A stretch of DNA of 64,000 bases, from the NCBI GenBank assembly GCA_038323195.1, contig JBBQGQ010000005.1, forward strand, positions 99,217 to 163,216, given 5' to 3'. Position 1 is the stretch's first letter. Every line of letters begins with the position of its first letter. Made by a program: the position numbers and the translations under genes. Source of the stretch: Acidimicrobiia bacterium (lineage in GTDB: Bacteria; Actinomycetota; Acidimicrobiia; IMCC26256; PALSA-610). A model generated the notes under the pieces. It saw only the letters and a program-made list of their open reading frames with translations. It searched no databases and had not been told where the DNA came from. This document shows, piece after piece, positions 8,394 to 16,439 of this stretch.

Positions 8394-11381
8394 GTGCCCA
8401 CCCGCGTCTCGAGCTCCCGGTTCGTCGGACGCCGGGCCGAGCTGACTCGGCTCGAAGCGAGCTGGAAGGCAGCGGTCGTCGACGAGCGTGCGGCGACCGT
8501 GCTCCTGTCCGGCGAGGCGGGCGTCGGCAAGTCGCGGCTCGTGGCCGAGCTCGTCGCTCGTATTCCGGAGCCGTCGCTGGTGTTGTTCGGTCAATGCTTC
8601 GACCTCGTCGATCGCGCGATGCCATTCGGGCCGATCGTGCAGGTGATGCGCACGTTGCATCGCACGCTCGACGAGGCGACGCTCGAATCGGTCATCGGGC
8701 CGGGACGCGACGAGCTCGCGGTTCTGCTGCCCGCGCTCCACACGCCGGCGCGCGAGGGCATCGTCTCCGGCGCGCTGTTCGAGCAGCTGCTCGGCGCGTT
8801 CGAGCGGTTGGCCGAGCGCGTTCCCACCTTGCTGGTGCTCGAGGATCTGCACTGGGCCGATCGGTCGACACGCGAGCTGTTTGCGTATCTCGCTCGAAGT
8901 CTGCGCACGGCGTCGATGGTGCTGTTGGGAACGTATCGTTCCGACGATCTCCACCGGCGACATCCTTTGCGGGGTGTGCTGGCAGAGCTCGACCGCTCGG
9001 GCGCGGTCGAGCGGATCGAGCTTGCTCGCTTCGATCGTGACGAGGTGCGCGAGCTCATCTCGGCGATCGTCGGGAGCGAGCCGTCGACCGAGCTGGTCGA
9101 GCGGACGTATCGCCGCTCCGACGGCAACGCCTTCTTCGCCGAGGAGCTTCTCGCCGTCGACGCCACATACCACGCCACGTACCACGCGTCCATGCCATCG
9201 ACGTTGCGGGAGATCGTGCTCGCGCGCGTCGACGGGCTCTCCGAACCGGCGCAAAACGTGCTCCGTTGCGCGGCGGTCATCGGGCGTTCCGCCGATCACC
9301 GGCTCCTGGAGGCCGCGGCCGGCATTCCTCGCGAGGATCTGCTCGCCGGTCTGCGCGACGCGGTCGAGCACCAGATTCTCGTCACCGACGTCGACGGCCT
9401 GGAATACCGGTTTCGACACGCGCTCGTGCGCGAGGCCGTCGAGGACGACCTGTTACCCGGCGATCGCGTTGCATTGCACTCGCGCGTCGCGGAGGTGCTC
9501 GCCGAGCAACCGGTCTGGTTCGACGGGGGCGCGGCGCAGCTCCTGGCCGAGCTGGCCTGCCACTGGGACAGCGCACGCGATGCGCCGCGCGCGCTCGTCG
9601 CCGCGCTCGACGCCGCGCGCGCCGCCGAGCAGATCTATGCGTACGGCGATGCCCTCGACCACGCCGAACAGGTCCTCGCGTTGTGGGCGCAGGTTCCCGA
9701 CGCCGAGGATCGCACCGGCATGCGCCACGTCGACATGATGCGCTACGCGGCGACGCAGGCGGAGATGTCCGGGAGCACCGACCGAGCCCTCGACTACACC
9801 CGCTCGGCCATCGCTGAGATCGATCCCGTCGACGATCCGATCGTTGCCGGCCTGTTGCACGAGCGCTTCGGCCGGTACCTCTGGATGCTCGCGCGATCCT
9901 GGTCGGACATTCTCGAACATTGCCGCGAAGCCGTACGTCTCGTGCCGGTCGAGCCCAGCGCGGCGCGGGCGAAGGTGCTCGCCACCCTCGGCCAACAGTT
10001 GATGCTCGCGGGCCGCGACGACGAGGCCATGTCCGTCTGTGAGCAGGCGATCGCGGTGGCACAGGCGGTCGGTGAGCCGGTCATCGAGGGTCATGCGCAC
10101 AACTCCCTCGGAACGATCCTCGCCGGCATCGGGCGGTTGGACGAGGGACTCGCCGAGCTGCACCGCGCGCGAGCGCTCGCGCTCGAGACCGAGTCGTGGG
10201 CCGACGTCGCCCGCGCCGCGGTCAACGAGGGCGGCGCGCTCCAGACAACGGCCCGTGACGAGGAGGCGTTGGCGATCTCACTCGAAGGCGCCGAGATCGC
10301 GCGTGCCCACGGGCTCGACCGCGCCTTCGGCGCGTTCCTGCGGTTGAACGCAGTCGAGGCTCTTCGTGCGCTCGGCCGGTGGGACGAGGCCGACGAGCAA
10401 CTGCAGGAAGTCGAGAGTGTCGATCCGCTCGGCATCGACGCCTGGCGCCTCGCCGAGCACCGATGCCTGTTGGCGGTGGGGCGCGCGCAGTTCGAGACCG
10501 CGCGCGCCGAGGCGGCGCGGATGGAGCAGTTGGTCGGCCATGCGGGCGCAGTGCGCGACCACCTCGCGATCGAGCACGCGCACATTGCGATCGCGGGATG
10601 GAGCGGCGACGAGGCCGGGGCGTTCGAGCAGGCGCTCGCGGCCCTGCGCGAGCCGGTCGAGGATCTCCGGTTGTGCTCCGACGTCAGCGTCGAGGTCATC
10701 GTCGAAGGGCTCGCGGCCGGGGCGTCGGTCGCGGCGCGCACGCGGGAGCCCGAAGCTCGCGCCGAGTACCTGGAGCGCGTGCGCGAGCTGGGCGGCCAGC
10801 TCGACGACGGGGTAGCCGCCGATCGGTGGGGCGGCGGTCACCCCGGAGCCCTGGACGCGCTCCGCTGCCACATTGCCGCGGAGACCGCGCGCGCCGCTCG
10901 GAGTGACGACGGGCCGAGCTGGCTCGCGGTCGCCGAGATGTGGTCGGGCTACGCCATGCTCCCGCGTGAAGCGTACGCGCGCTTCCGCGCGACCGAGGCG
11001 TTCGTGCGCGACGACGACCGCGACGCCGCGGCGTCGAGCGCTCGTGATGCGTACGCGCTTGCCGCCGACATCGGCTGGATCTGTGTACGCGACGCGGTCG
11101 CAAGCCTGGCGCGCCGGGCGCGCCTTGATCTGGGCGCGGTCGCCAGTGCGGTGGCCTCGCCCGCGGATCGGTACGGTCTCACGGCCCGCGAGCTCGACGT
11201 CGTCGCGCTCGTGGCCGAGGGTCGCACGAATCGCCAGATCGCCGACGCGCTCTTCATCTCGGCCAAGACGGCGAGTGTGCACGTGTCGAACATCTTGGCC
11301 AAGCTCGGGGTGACCAATCGGGGCGAGGCGGCCGCCGCCGCCCGGCGTCTGGGTCTCGACCTCGGTGCCGCGGGCGCGTAG
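8394..11381 (+). CDS. large ATP-binding LuxR-family (LAL/MalT-like) transcriptional regulator
   Basis: P-loop GEAGVGKS near the N-terminus, a long helical/TPR-like middle and a C-terminal LuxR HTH (LTARELDVVALVAEGRTNRQIADALFISAKTASVHVSNILAKLGV). Start is uncertain (GTG 8307 or GTG 8394). Confidence 0.85.
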   Translation: MPTRVSSSRFVGRRAELTRLEASWKAAVVDERAATVLLSGEAGVGKSRLVAELVARIPEPSLVLFGQCFDLVDRAMPFGPIVQVMRTLHRTLDEATLESVIGPGRDELAVLLPALHTPAREGIVSGALFEQLLGAFERLAERVPTLLVLEDLHWADRSTRELFAYLARSLRTASMVLLGTYRSDDLHRRHPLRGVLAELDRSGAVERIELARFDRDEVRELISAIVGSEPSTELVERTYRRSDGNAFFAEELLAVDATYHATYHASMPSTLREIVLARVDGLSEPAQNVLRCAAVIGRSADHRLLEAAAGIPREDLLAGLRDAVEHQILVTDVDGLEYRFRHALVREAVEDDLLPGDRVALHSRVAEVLAEQPVWFDGGAAQLLAELACHWDSARDAPRALVAALDAARAAEQIYAYGDALDHAEQVLALWAQVPDAEDRTGMRHVDMMRYAATQAEMSGSTDRALDYTRSAIAEIDPVDDPIVAGLLHERFGRYLWMLARSWSDILEHCREAVRLVPVEPSAARAKVLATLGQQLMLAGRDDEAMSVCEQAIAVAQAVGEPVIEGHAHNSLGTILAGIGRLDEGLAELHRARALALETESWADVARAAVNEGGALQTTARDEEALAISLEGAEIARAHGLDRAFGAFLRLNAVEALRALGRWDEADEQLQEVESVDPLGIDAWRLAEHRCLLAVGRAQFETARAEAARMEQLVGHAGAVRDHLAIEHAHIAIAGWSGDEAGAFEQALAALREPVEDLRLCSDVSVEVIVEGLAAGASVAARTREPEARAEYLERVRELGGQLDDGVAADRWGGGHPGALDALRCHIAAETARAARSDDGPSWLAVAEMWSGYAMLPREAYARFRATEAFVRDDDRDAAASSARDAYALAADIGWICVRDAVASLARRARLDLGAVASAVASPADRYGLTARELDVVALVAEGRTNRQIADALFISAKTASVHVSNILAKLGVTNRGEAAAAARRLGLDLGAAGA

Positions 11382-11412
11382 GCCGAGGAACTTCGCGGGT
11401 CAGGACCGGTCG

Positions 11413-12309
11413 TTACGTCGACAACTCGATCGGCTCGCCTTCGCGACCGACGGTCACGCCGGCGTCGTCGAGCACGATCGTCATGCCCTCGAAGGCGAGG
11501 CAGACGCGGTCCTCCGCCCCGGGCCAGTTTTTCCGCGCTTCCACGAGCAACGCCTCGAGCTCGTCGTCGGTGTGGTACGGATCGTGGTGGAACAGGACGA
11601 GATTGTCGACGCCCGCCTTGTCGGCGAACCTCATGGCATCCCCGATGCTCGAGTGCCCCCAGCCGATGTGCGCGCCGTACTCGTGATCGCGGTACTGCGC
11701 GTCGTGTAACAACACGTCGGCGTGGTGAGCGATGTCGTGACCGCTCATCCACGTCGCGGGAACATTCACGAGATCGCCGCCGATCGATGGCTCGTGATCA
11801 GGGAGGTAGACGAGCGTGTGCCCGTTCTCCTCGATTCGATAGCCGACCGTGGGGCCTTGGTGCGTCACCTTGGCGGCTCGAATCGTCGCCGACCCGACGG
11901 TCACCGGCTCTTCGGGTGCGTCGTGGAACGTGAGGTGCGACGGCACGTCTTCGAGGCGTACCGGGAACAACGGCGGCGAGAGATACATCGCGATGCGTTC
12001 GGCCAAATGCTGCACCGGCGATGTCGGACCCCAGATGTGGATGTCGAGCGCGGGTGCGAACAGAGGCCGGAAGAACCCGAGACCCTGCAAATGGTCCATG
12101 TGCAGATGTGTGAGCAGGATGTGCAGTTCGACGGGAAGATCGTCTTGCATCGACACGCCGAGCGGCCGCATTCCGGTCCCGGCGTCGAGGACCAGTACGT
12201 GACCGCTGTCGAGGCGCACCTCGACACACGACGTGTTGCCGCCGTACTTGACGGTATCGGCACCCGGCACCGCGACAGACCCTCGACATCCCCACACGCG
12301 GGCGCGCAT
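11413..12309 (-). CDS. MBL-fold metallo-hydrolase
   Basis: ATG at 12309 (MRARVWGCRGS...) with an HxHxDH motif (LTHLHMDHLQG). Its start overlaps the upstream stop (TGATG). Confidence 0.85.
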   Translation of the reverse strand: MRARVWGCRGSVAVPGADTVKYGGNTSCVEVRLDSGHVLVLDAGTGMRPLGVSMQDDLPVELHILLTHLHMDHLQGLGFFRPLFAPALDIHIWGPTSPVQHLAERIAMYLSPPLFPVRLEDVPSHLTFHDAPEEPVTVGSATIRAAKVTHQGPTVGYRIEENGHTLVYLPDHEPSIGGDLVNVPATWMSGHDIAHHADVLLHDAQYRDHEYGAHIGWGHSSIGDAMRFADKAGVDNLVLFHHDPYHTDDELEALLVEARKNWPGAEDRVCLAFEGMTIVLDDAGVTVGREGEPIELST

Positions 12310-12740
12310 CAGTGATCGTATTCCCCGGGTTCGCCCTCCCAAAACACCGCGACCACGCCGTGCATCTCACCGTTCCCGCCGAGCAACGGATACGCGGTGG
12401 CCTCGTACTCGCGTCGCGCGCCGTCGAACGCGGTGGCGACGAGCCGCTTGTGCGCGGGCCGGCGCTCGTAATACGCGATGCCGGATGGCGAGTCGCGCCG
12501 GCGAACCGGCTCTCCGTCGGGCGTCGCGAGCTGCAGGGCGGTGCCGAACTCACCGGAGGGAATCTCTCCGAGCTCGGCAAACGGCTTGCCGAGCAGCATT
12601 GCCGCCGCATCGTTGTAGAAGACGAGCATGCCCCCGGGATCCATCAAGAACATCGGCGTCGCGAGGTTCGACGCGAGCTCGCGCGCCAGGATCAACGGCA
12701 AGCTCTTGGGCGAGCCCGGCGTGCCCAGCGAGTCACTCAC
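12309..12740 (-). CDS. stand-alone PAS-domain protein
   Basis: C-terminal 143 aa of ORF 12309..13058 (LILARELASNLATPMFLMDPGGMLVFYNDAAAMLLGKPF...) looks like a PAS fold. The GTG at 12740 is the first start downstream of the carbonic anhydrase gene, so the start is uncertain. Confidence 0.6.
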   Translation of the reverse strand: MSDSLGTPGSPKSLPLILARELASNLATPMFLMDPGGMLVFYNDAAAMLLGKPFAELGEIPSGEFGTALQLATPDGEPVRRRDSPSGIAYYERRPAHKRLVATAFDGARREYEATAYPLLGGNGEMHGVVAVFWEGEPGEYDH

Positions 12741-12831
12741 CTCGCGCCGGTCCCTCGAGCCTGCTCGTCCACACGGGACCCATCGTTGCCGCGTCCGCCA
12801 GAGATCGCCAAACACGCCCCCCGTCCGGCCC

Positions 12832-13326
12832 TTACGGGTCGGGTACAGGGAGGAGCTCACCGCTGTGCACGTCGAAGATGAACCCACCGACGTGGAGGTC
12901 GGGAGGTAACAGCGGGCACGACGCGATGAGCTCCATGTCGCCGCGCAACGTCGCCAGCTGGTCCGTGCTCGCCAAGAAGTCCCAACCCCCGGCGTCGACA
13001 CCGCGGATCGCGCCGATACGCGTTCGCAGCTCGTCGTCGGTCGAGCCGACCATGGCACAGTCGGTGTGCTGTACGACGCAGACGCGCGTCACGCCGAGCA
13101 GGTTCACTGCGAGCACGAGCGAGCGCAGCGCGTCGGTGGTCACGCGTGCGCCCGCGTTGCGGATGATCTTCGCGTCGCCGGCACGCAACCCGGCCAGCGC
13201 GAGGGGATCGATGCGGGAATCGATGCACGTCAGCACGGCCAAGCCCTTCGCGGCGACGCCGGCTACGCCCGAATCGTGGAACTCGCGACGGTAGTGGCGG
13301 TTGGCGGCGAGCAGATCATCGAACAT
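12832..13326 (-). CDS. beta-class carbonic anhydrase
   Basis: 164 aa with zinc-ligand motifs CIDSR and HTDCAM. Confidence 0.9.
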   Translation of the reverse strand: MFDDLLAANRHYRREFHDSGVAGVAAKGLAVLTCIDSRIDPLALAGLRAGDAKIIRNAGARVTTDALRSLVLAVNLLGVTRVCVVQHTDCAMVGSTDDELRTRIGAIRGVDAGGWDFLASTDQLATLRGDMELIASCPLLPPDLHVGGFIFDVHSGELLPVPDP

Positions 13327-13600
13327 CGACCACTTCTTCTAGCAGGTCCCGTCTTCTAGCAGGCTGCGTCCGGGCCGTTCGATGATCCGTCGATCATCCC
13401 GTAGTCGAGCGTTCGCCGTCCTTCAGGATCCGTTCCACCGTCTCCCCGGTAAGTGGGTCTCGTACGAGGCGAGCGAGACGGCCGGCGGGTGGTGTTCCGA
13501 CTCACGCCCGGTTCTTTCACCGAAGCCGCCGGATGGATGCACGACGTCGGCGCGCGTGGGATCGGCGACTCGACAAGTTGGCGCGCCGGGTGACGTGAAA

Positions 13601-13649
13601 CCGCTGACGAGACCCCGCTGACGAGACCCCGCTGACGAGACCCCGCTGA
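13601..13649. repeat. 14-bp tandem repeat CCGCTGACGAGACC x3.5
   Basis: Three perfect copies (13601-13614, 13615-13628, 13629-13642) plus a 7-nt partial copy, in the divergent intergenic region upstream of the ferredoxin gene. Confidence 0.95.
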
Positions 13650-13713
13650 GGCCCGAAGCCCGGTGACGCGCGTGCGCTACGGTGCCGCCCGTCAGTGTGA
13701 ACGGGAGGAACCC

Positions 13714-13917
13714 ATGAGCTTCCGGGTCGTCGTCGACTTCGACAAGTGCGAGAGCAACGCGTTGTGCATGGCCGCCGCGCCCGAGGTGTTCGAGGTGCGC
13801 GAGGACGACTTCTTGTACGTGCTCCAAGAGGAGCCCGCCGACGACCTGCGCGCCAAGTGCGAGGAAGCGGTCCGCGTCTGCCCGAAGCAGGCGATCTCGA
13901 TCGTCGACGCTTCCTGA
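13714..13917 (+). CDS. small single-cluster ferredoxin
   Basis: ATG at 13714 preceded by GGGAGGAA. The 67-aa protein MSFRVVVDFDKCESNALCMAAAPEVF...RVCPKQAISIV has the Cys-x5-Cys...Cys-Pro pattern of actinobacterial 3Fe-4S/4Fe-4S ferredoxins. Confidence 0.85.
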   Translation: MSFRVVVDFDKCESNALCMAAAPEVFEVREDDFLYVLQEEPADDLRAKCEEAVRVCPKQAISIVDAS

Positions 13918-13926
13918 GCCGGGCCG

Positions 13927-14724
13927 ATGCCCGGCATGGAGGGTACGGCCGTGCTCGTCACGGGCGGAGGAAGCGGCATCGGGCTCGGATGCGCGCGGCG
14001 GTTCGCGGCCGACGGAGCGCACGTGACGATCGCGGGTCGCACCGAGGCGCGCCTCTCGGAAGGAGCGTTGGACATCGCGGCCATCGCCGCGCCCGGCGCC
14101 AGGGTCCAGTACGTCGTGAGCGACGTCACGAGGGAACCCGACGTGCAGCGCGCGGTGGCAGCTGCCGCGGAGCCGACCGGAAAGCTCGACGTGTTGTTCG
14201 CGTGCGCGGGAGGGTCGCTGCACGGTGGCCCGATCATCGCATCGGACGCCGACGCGTGGCGCGCCACCGTCGACCTGAACCTCGTCGGTACGTTCCTATG
14301 CATCAAGCACGCCGCTCCCGTGATGATCCGCGGCGGTGGCGGCTCGATCGTTGGTATGTCGTCGATCGCCGGACACACGACGCACCGCTTCATGAGCGCG
14401 TACTGCGCGAGCAAAGCCGGGATCGAGATGCTGGTGAAGTGCGCAGCGGACGAGCTGGGTGAGCACAACATCCGCGTCAATGCGGTGCAACCGGGCATCG
14501 TCGACACCGAGCTCATGAGCTTCATCACCGCCGGCGGGCCGATCCTCGACAGCTACCACGCGAACATGCCCGTGGCGCGCGTCGGGACGGTCGACGACAT
14601 CGCCGCCGCGGTGCGCTATCTCGGCGGTCCGGAGTCGACGTGGATAACCGGGCAGATGCTGGGGATCGACGGCGGCCATCAACTTCGCTGCGGCCCCGAC
14701 TACGGCTCAGTGCTGGGCGGTTGA
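13927..14724 (+). CDS. SDR family oxidoreductase
   Basis: TGGGSGIG Rossmann motif and a YCASK catalytic motif. 265 aa. Confidence 0.9.
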   Translation: MPGMEGTAVLVTGGGSGIGLGCARRFAADGAHVTIAGRTEARLSEGALDIAAIAAPGARVQYVVSDVTREPDVQRAVAAAAEPTGKLDVLFACAGGSLHGGPIIASDADAWRATVDLNLVGTFLCIKHAAPVMIRGGGGSIVGMSSIAGHTTHRFMSAYCASKAGIEMLVKCAADELGEHNIRVNAVQPGIVDTELMSFITAGGPILDSYHANMPVARVGTVDDIAAAVRYLGGPESTWITGQMLGIDGGHQLRCGPDYGSVLGG

Positions 14725-14727
14725 GCA

Positions 14728-15948
14728 GTGGACTTCGAGGAAACCGAAGACGAACGCGCGTTCCGAGTGGAGGTACGCGCGTGGCTCGACGCGCACGCGA
14801 AGCGGCGGGAGGCCGGAGAACGGTCCGATCACTCGTACATGCCGGGCGACGGCAATCCCGAGGCGGACGCCGCGCATGTGCGCGCGTGCAAGGAATGGCA
14901 GCGCATTCTCTACGACGGTGGCTGGGCCGGCATCACGTGGCCCGTGGCGGCCGGCGGGCGCGGTGGTCCGGGCTGGCAGCAACGGATCTTCAACGAGGAA
15001 CAGTCGCACTACAACGCCGCGGTCGGCGTGTTCGCGGTCGGCATCGCCATGGCCGGACCCACGATCATCGCGTGGGGCACTCCCGAGCAGCAGGAGCGGT
15101 TCCTGCCCTCGATGTTGCGGGGCGACGACGTGTGGTGCCAGCTGTTCTCCGAGCCGGGCGCGGGCTCCGACCTCGCGGGCCTGCGGACGCGTGCCGAGCG
15201 CGACGGCGACGAGTGGACGATCAACGGGCAGAAGGTCTGGACGTCGGGCGCGCACTACAGCGACTGGGGCCTCTTGCTCGCGCGCAGCGATCTCGACGCG
15301 CCGAAGCACAAGGGCATCACCGCGTTCCTGCTCGACATGCGTACGGCGGGGATCGACGTGCGCCCCTTGCGCCAGATCAACGGCGCGTCGCACTTCAACG
15401 AGGTGTTCCTCACCGACGTCCGGATCCCCGACGCGATGCGCCTGGGTCCGCCCGGAGGTGGTTGGCGGGCGGCGAACACGATGCTGTCGAACGAGCGGGC
15501 GATGATCGGCGGCGGCGGCCGGGTCGGCTTTCGCGATCTGCTCGCGCTCGCCAAGCGGTGTGGCGCGACCGGGGATGCGGTGCTGCGCCAGGAGCTCGTC
15601 CGGAGCTATACCCGGACCCAGATCATCAAGTGGCTCGGCTTGCGGGCGCGCAGCCGCAAGGATCAGGGCCTCGGTCCCGAGGCCTCGGTGCTGAAGCTGG
15701 CGGCGTCGCGCCGGCTCGAGCACGACGCCAACCTGGTGATGGAGCTCCAGGGCCCGCAATCGATGCTCTACGACGACGACGCGATCCAGCACGGGTACTG
15801 GCAGCAGCAGTTCCTCGGGCAGTGGAGCAGCCGCATCGGCGGTGGCACCGAGCAGATCCAGCGCAACGTGATCGGCGAACGGGTGCTCGGCTTGCCGAGC
15901 GAGCCGCGGCCCGGCAAGGACACGCCCTTCCGCGAGCTTCCTTCCTAA
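14728..15948 (+). CDS. acyl-CoA dehydrogenase family protein
   Basis: GTG start 3 nt after the SDR stop. 406 aa with typical ACAD N-terminal, middle and C-terminal layout (WCQLFSEPGAGSDLAGL...INGQKVWTSGA...). The C-terminal motif reads IGGGTEQIQ rather than YEGT. Confidence 0.9.
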   Translation: MDFEETEDERAFRVEVRAWLDAHAKRREAGERSDHSYMPGDGNPEADAAHVRACKEWQRILYDGGWAGITWPVAAGGRGGPGWQQRIFNEEQSHYNAAVGVFAVGIAMAGPTIIAWGTPEQQERFLPSMLRGDDVWCQLFSEPGAGSDLAGLRTRAERDGDEWTINGQKVWTSGAHYSDWGLLLARSDLDAPKHKGITAFLLDMRTAGIDVRPLRQINGASHFNEVFLTDVRIPDAMRLGPPGGGWRAANTMLSNERAMIGGGGRVGFRDLLALAKRCGATGDAVLRQELVRSYTRTQIIKWLGLRARSRKDQGLGPEASVLKLAASRRLEHDANLVMELQGPQSMLYDDDAIQHGYWQQQFLGQWSSRIGGGTEQIQRNVIGERVLGLPSEPRPGKDTPFRELPS

Positions 15949-15952
15949 CGGT

Positions 15953-16028
15953 CCGCGCTCGGCCCGCGGCCGGCGCGCAGTGCGCGCCAGCCGCGCTCGG
16001 CCCGCGGCCGGCGCGCAGTGCGCGCCAG
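15953..16028. repeat. perfect 38-bp tandem duplication containing a GC-rich palindrome
   Basis: CCGCGCTCGGCCCGCGGCCGGCGCGCAGTGCGCGCCAG occurs at 15953-15990 and again at 15991-16028. Each copy carries the inverted repeat GGCGCGCA-G-TGCGCGCC. Confidence 0.95.
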
Positions 16029-16037
16029 ACTCGGCGT

Positions 16038-16319
16038 ATGCAGCTCGACGATTTCCAACAGTTGATGGCCGACACGTTCGGCGCGCGTGATCGGGCCCGC
16101 GGCATCGACGCGACGATTGCCTGGCTCGCCGAAGAGCTGGGCGAGCTGGCGCGAGCCGTACGCAAGGGCACGCGCGACGAGCAGCTCCACGAGGTCGGCG
16201 ACGTCCTCGCCTGGTTGGCTTCCCTGACCGATCAGCTCGGCCTGTCGCTCGACGCCGCGGCGGCTCGCTACGAGTCGGGCTGCCCGCACTGTCACGCCCT
16301 GCCGTGCTCGTGCCCGTGA
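16038..16319 (+). CDS. MazG-like nucleotide pyrophosphohydrolase domain protein
   Basis: ATG at 16038. The 93-aa protein carries EELGELARAV...EVGDVLAWLASL helices (MazG EExxE/D type) and a Cys/His-rich tail GCPHCHALPCSCP. Confidence 0.8.
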   Translation: MQLDDFQQLMADTFGARDRARGIDATIAWLAEELGELARAVRKGTRDEQLHEVGDVLAWLASLTDQLGLSLDAAAARYESGCPHCHALPCSCP

Positions 16320-16327
16320 CCCGTGAC
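16314..16327. repeat. 7-bp tandem duplication CCGTGAC x2 spanning a stop codon
   Basis: Copies at 16314-16320 and 16321-16327. The first contains the TGA of the MazG-like gene. Confidence 0.8.
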
Positions 16328-16439
16328 CTGCGGTAGAGCGCGATAGCGCGCGACGCGCGCGATCCGCTCGACGCCGGTCGCCACGAATCCGGACGGTACC
16401 CTCGCTCGGAGCTCGTGCGCACGCCTCCGGGAGGAACGG

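Noticed and set aside
8157-9419. Long antisense or alternative-frame ORFs overlapping well-supported genes. Examples: 8157..9419 (minus), 14707..16422 (minus), 28114..30138 (minus), 39619..41538 (minus), 53558..55255 (minus), 25490..27094 (plus), 51589..53445 (minus).
   Set aside because: Their translations are Arg/Ala/Gly/Pro-rich low-complexity strings with no recognisable motifs. They mirror genes whose products have clear family signatures. Long spurious ORFs are expected on all frames of DNA with this GC content.
13382-13621. The 79-aa ORF in the carbonic anhydrase/ferredoxin spacer as a gene.
   Set aside because: It has Arg/Ser/Pro-rich composition and no Shine-Dalgarno, it runs through the 14-bp tandem array, and no family resemblance was seen.
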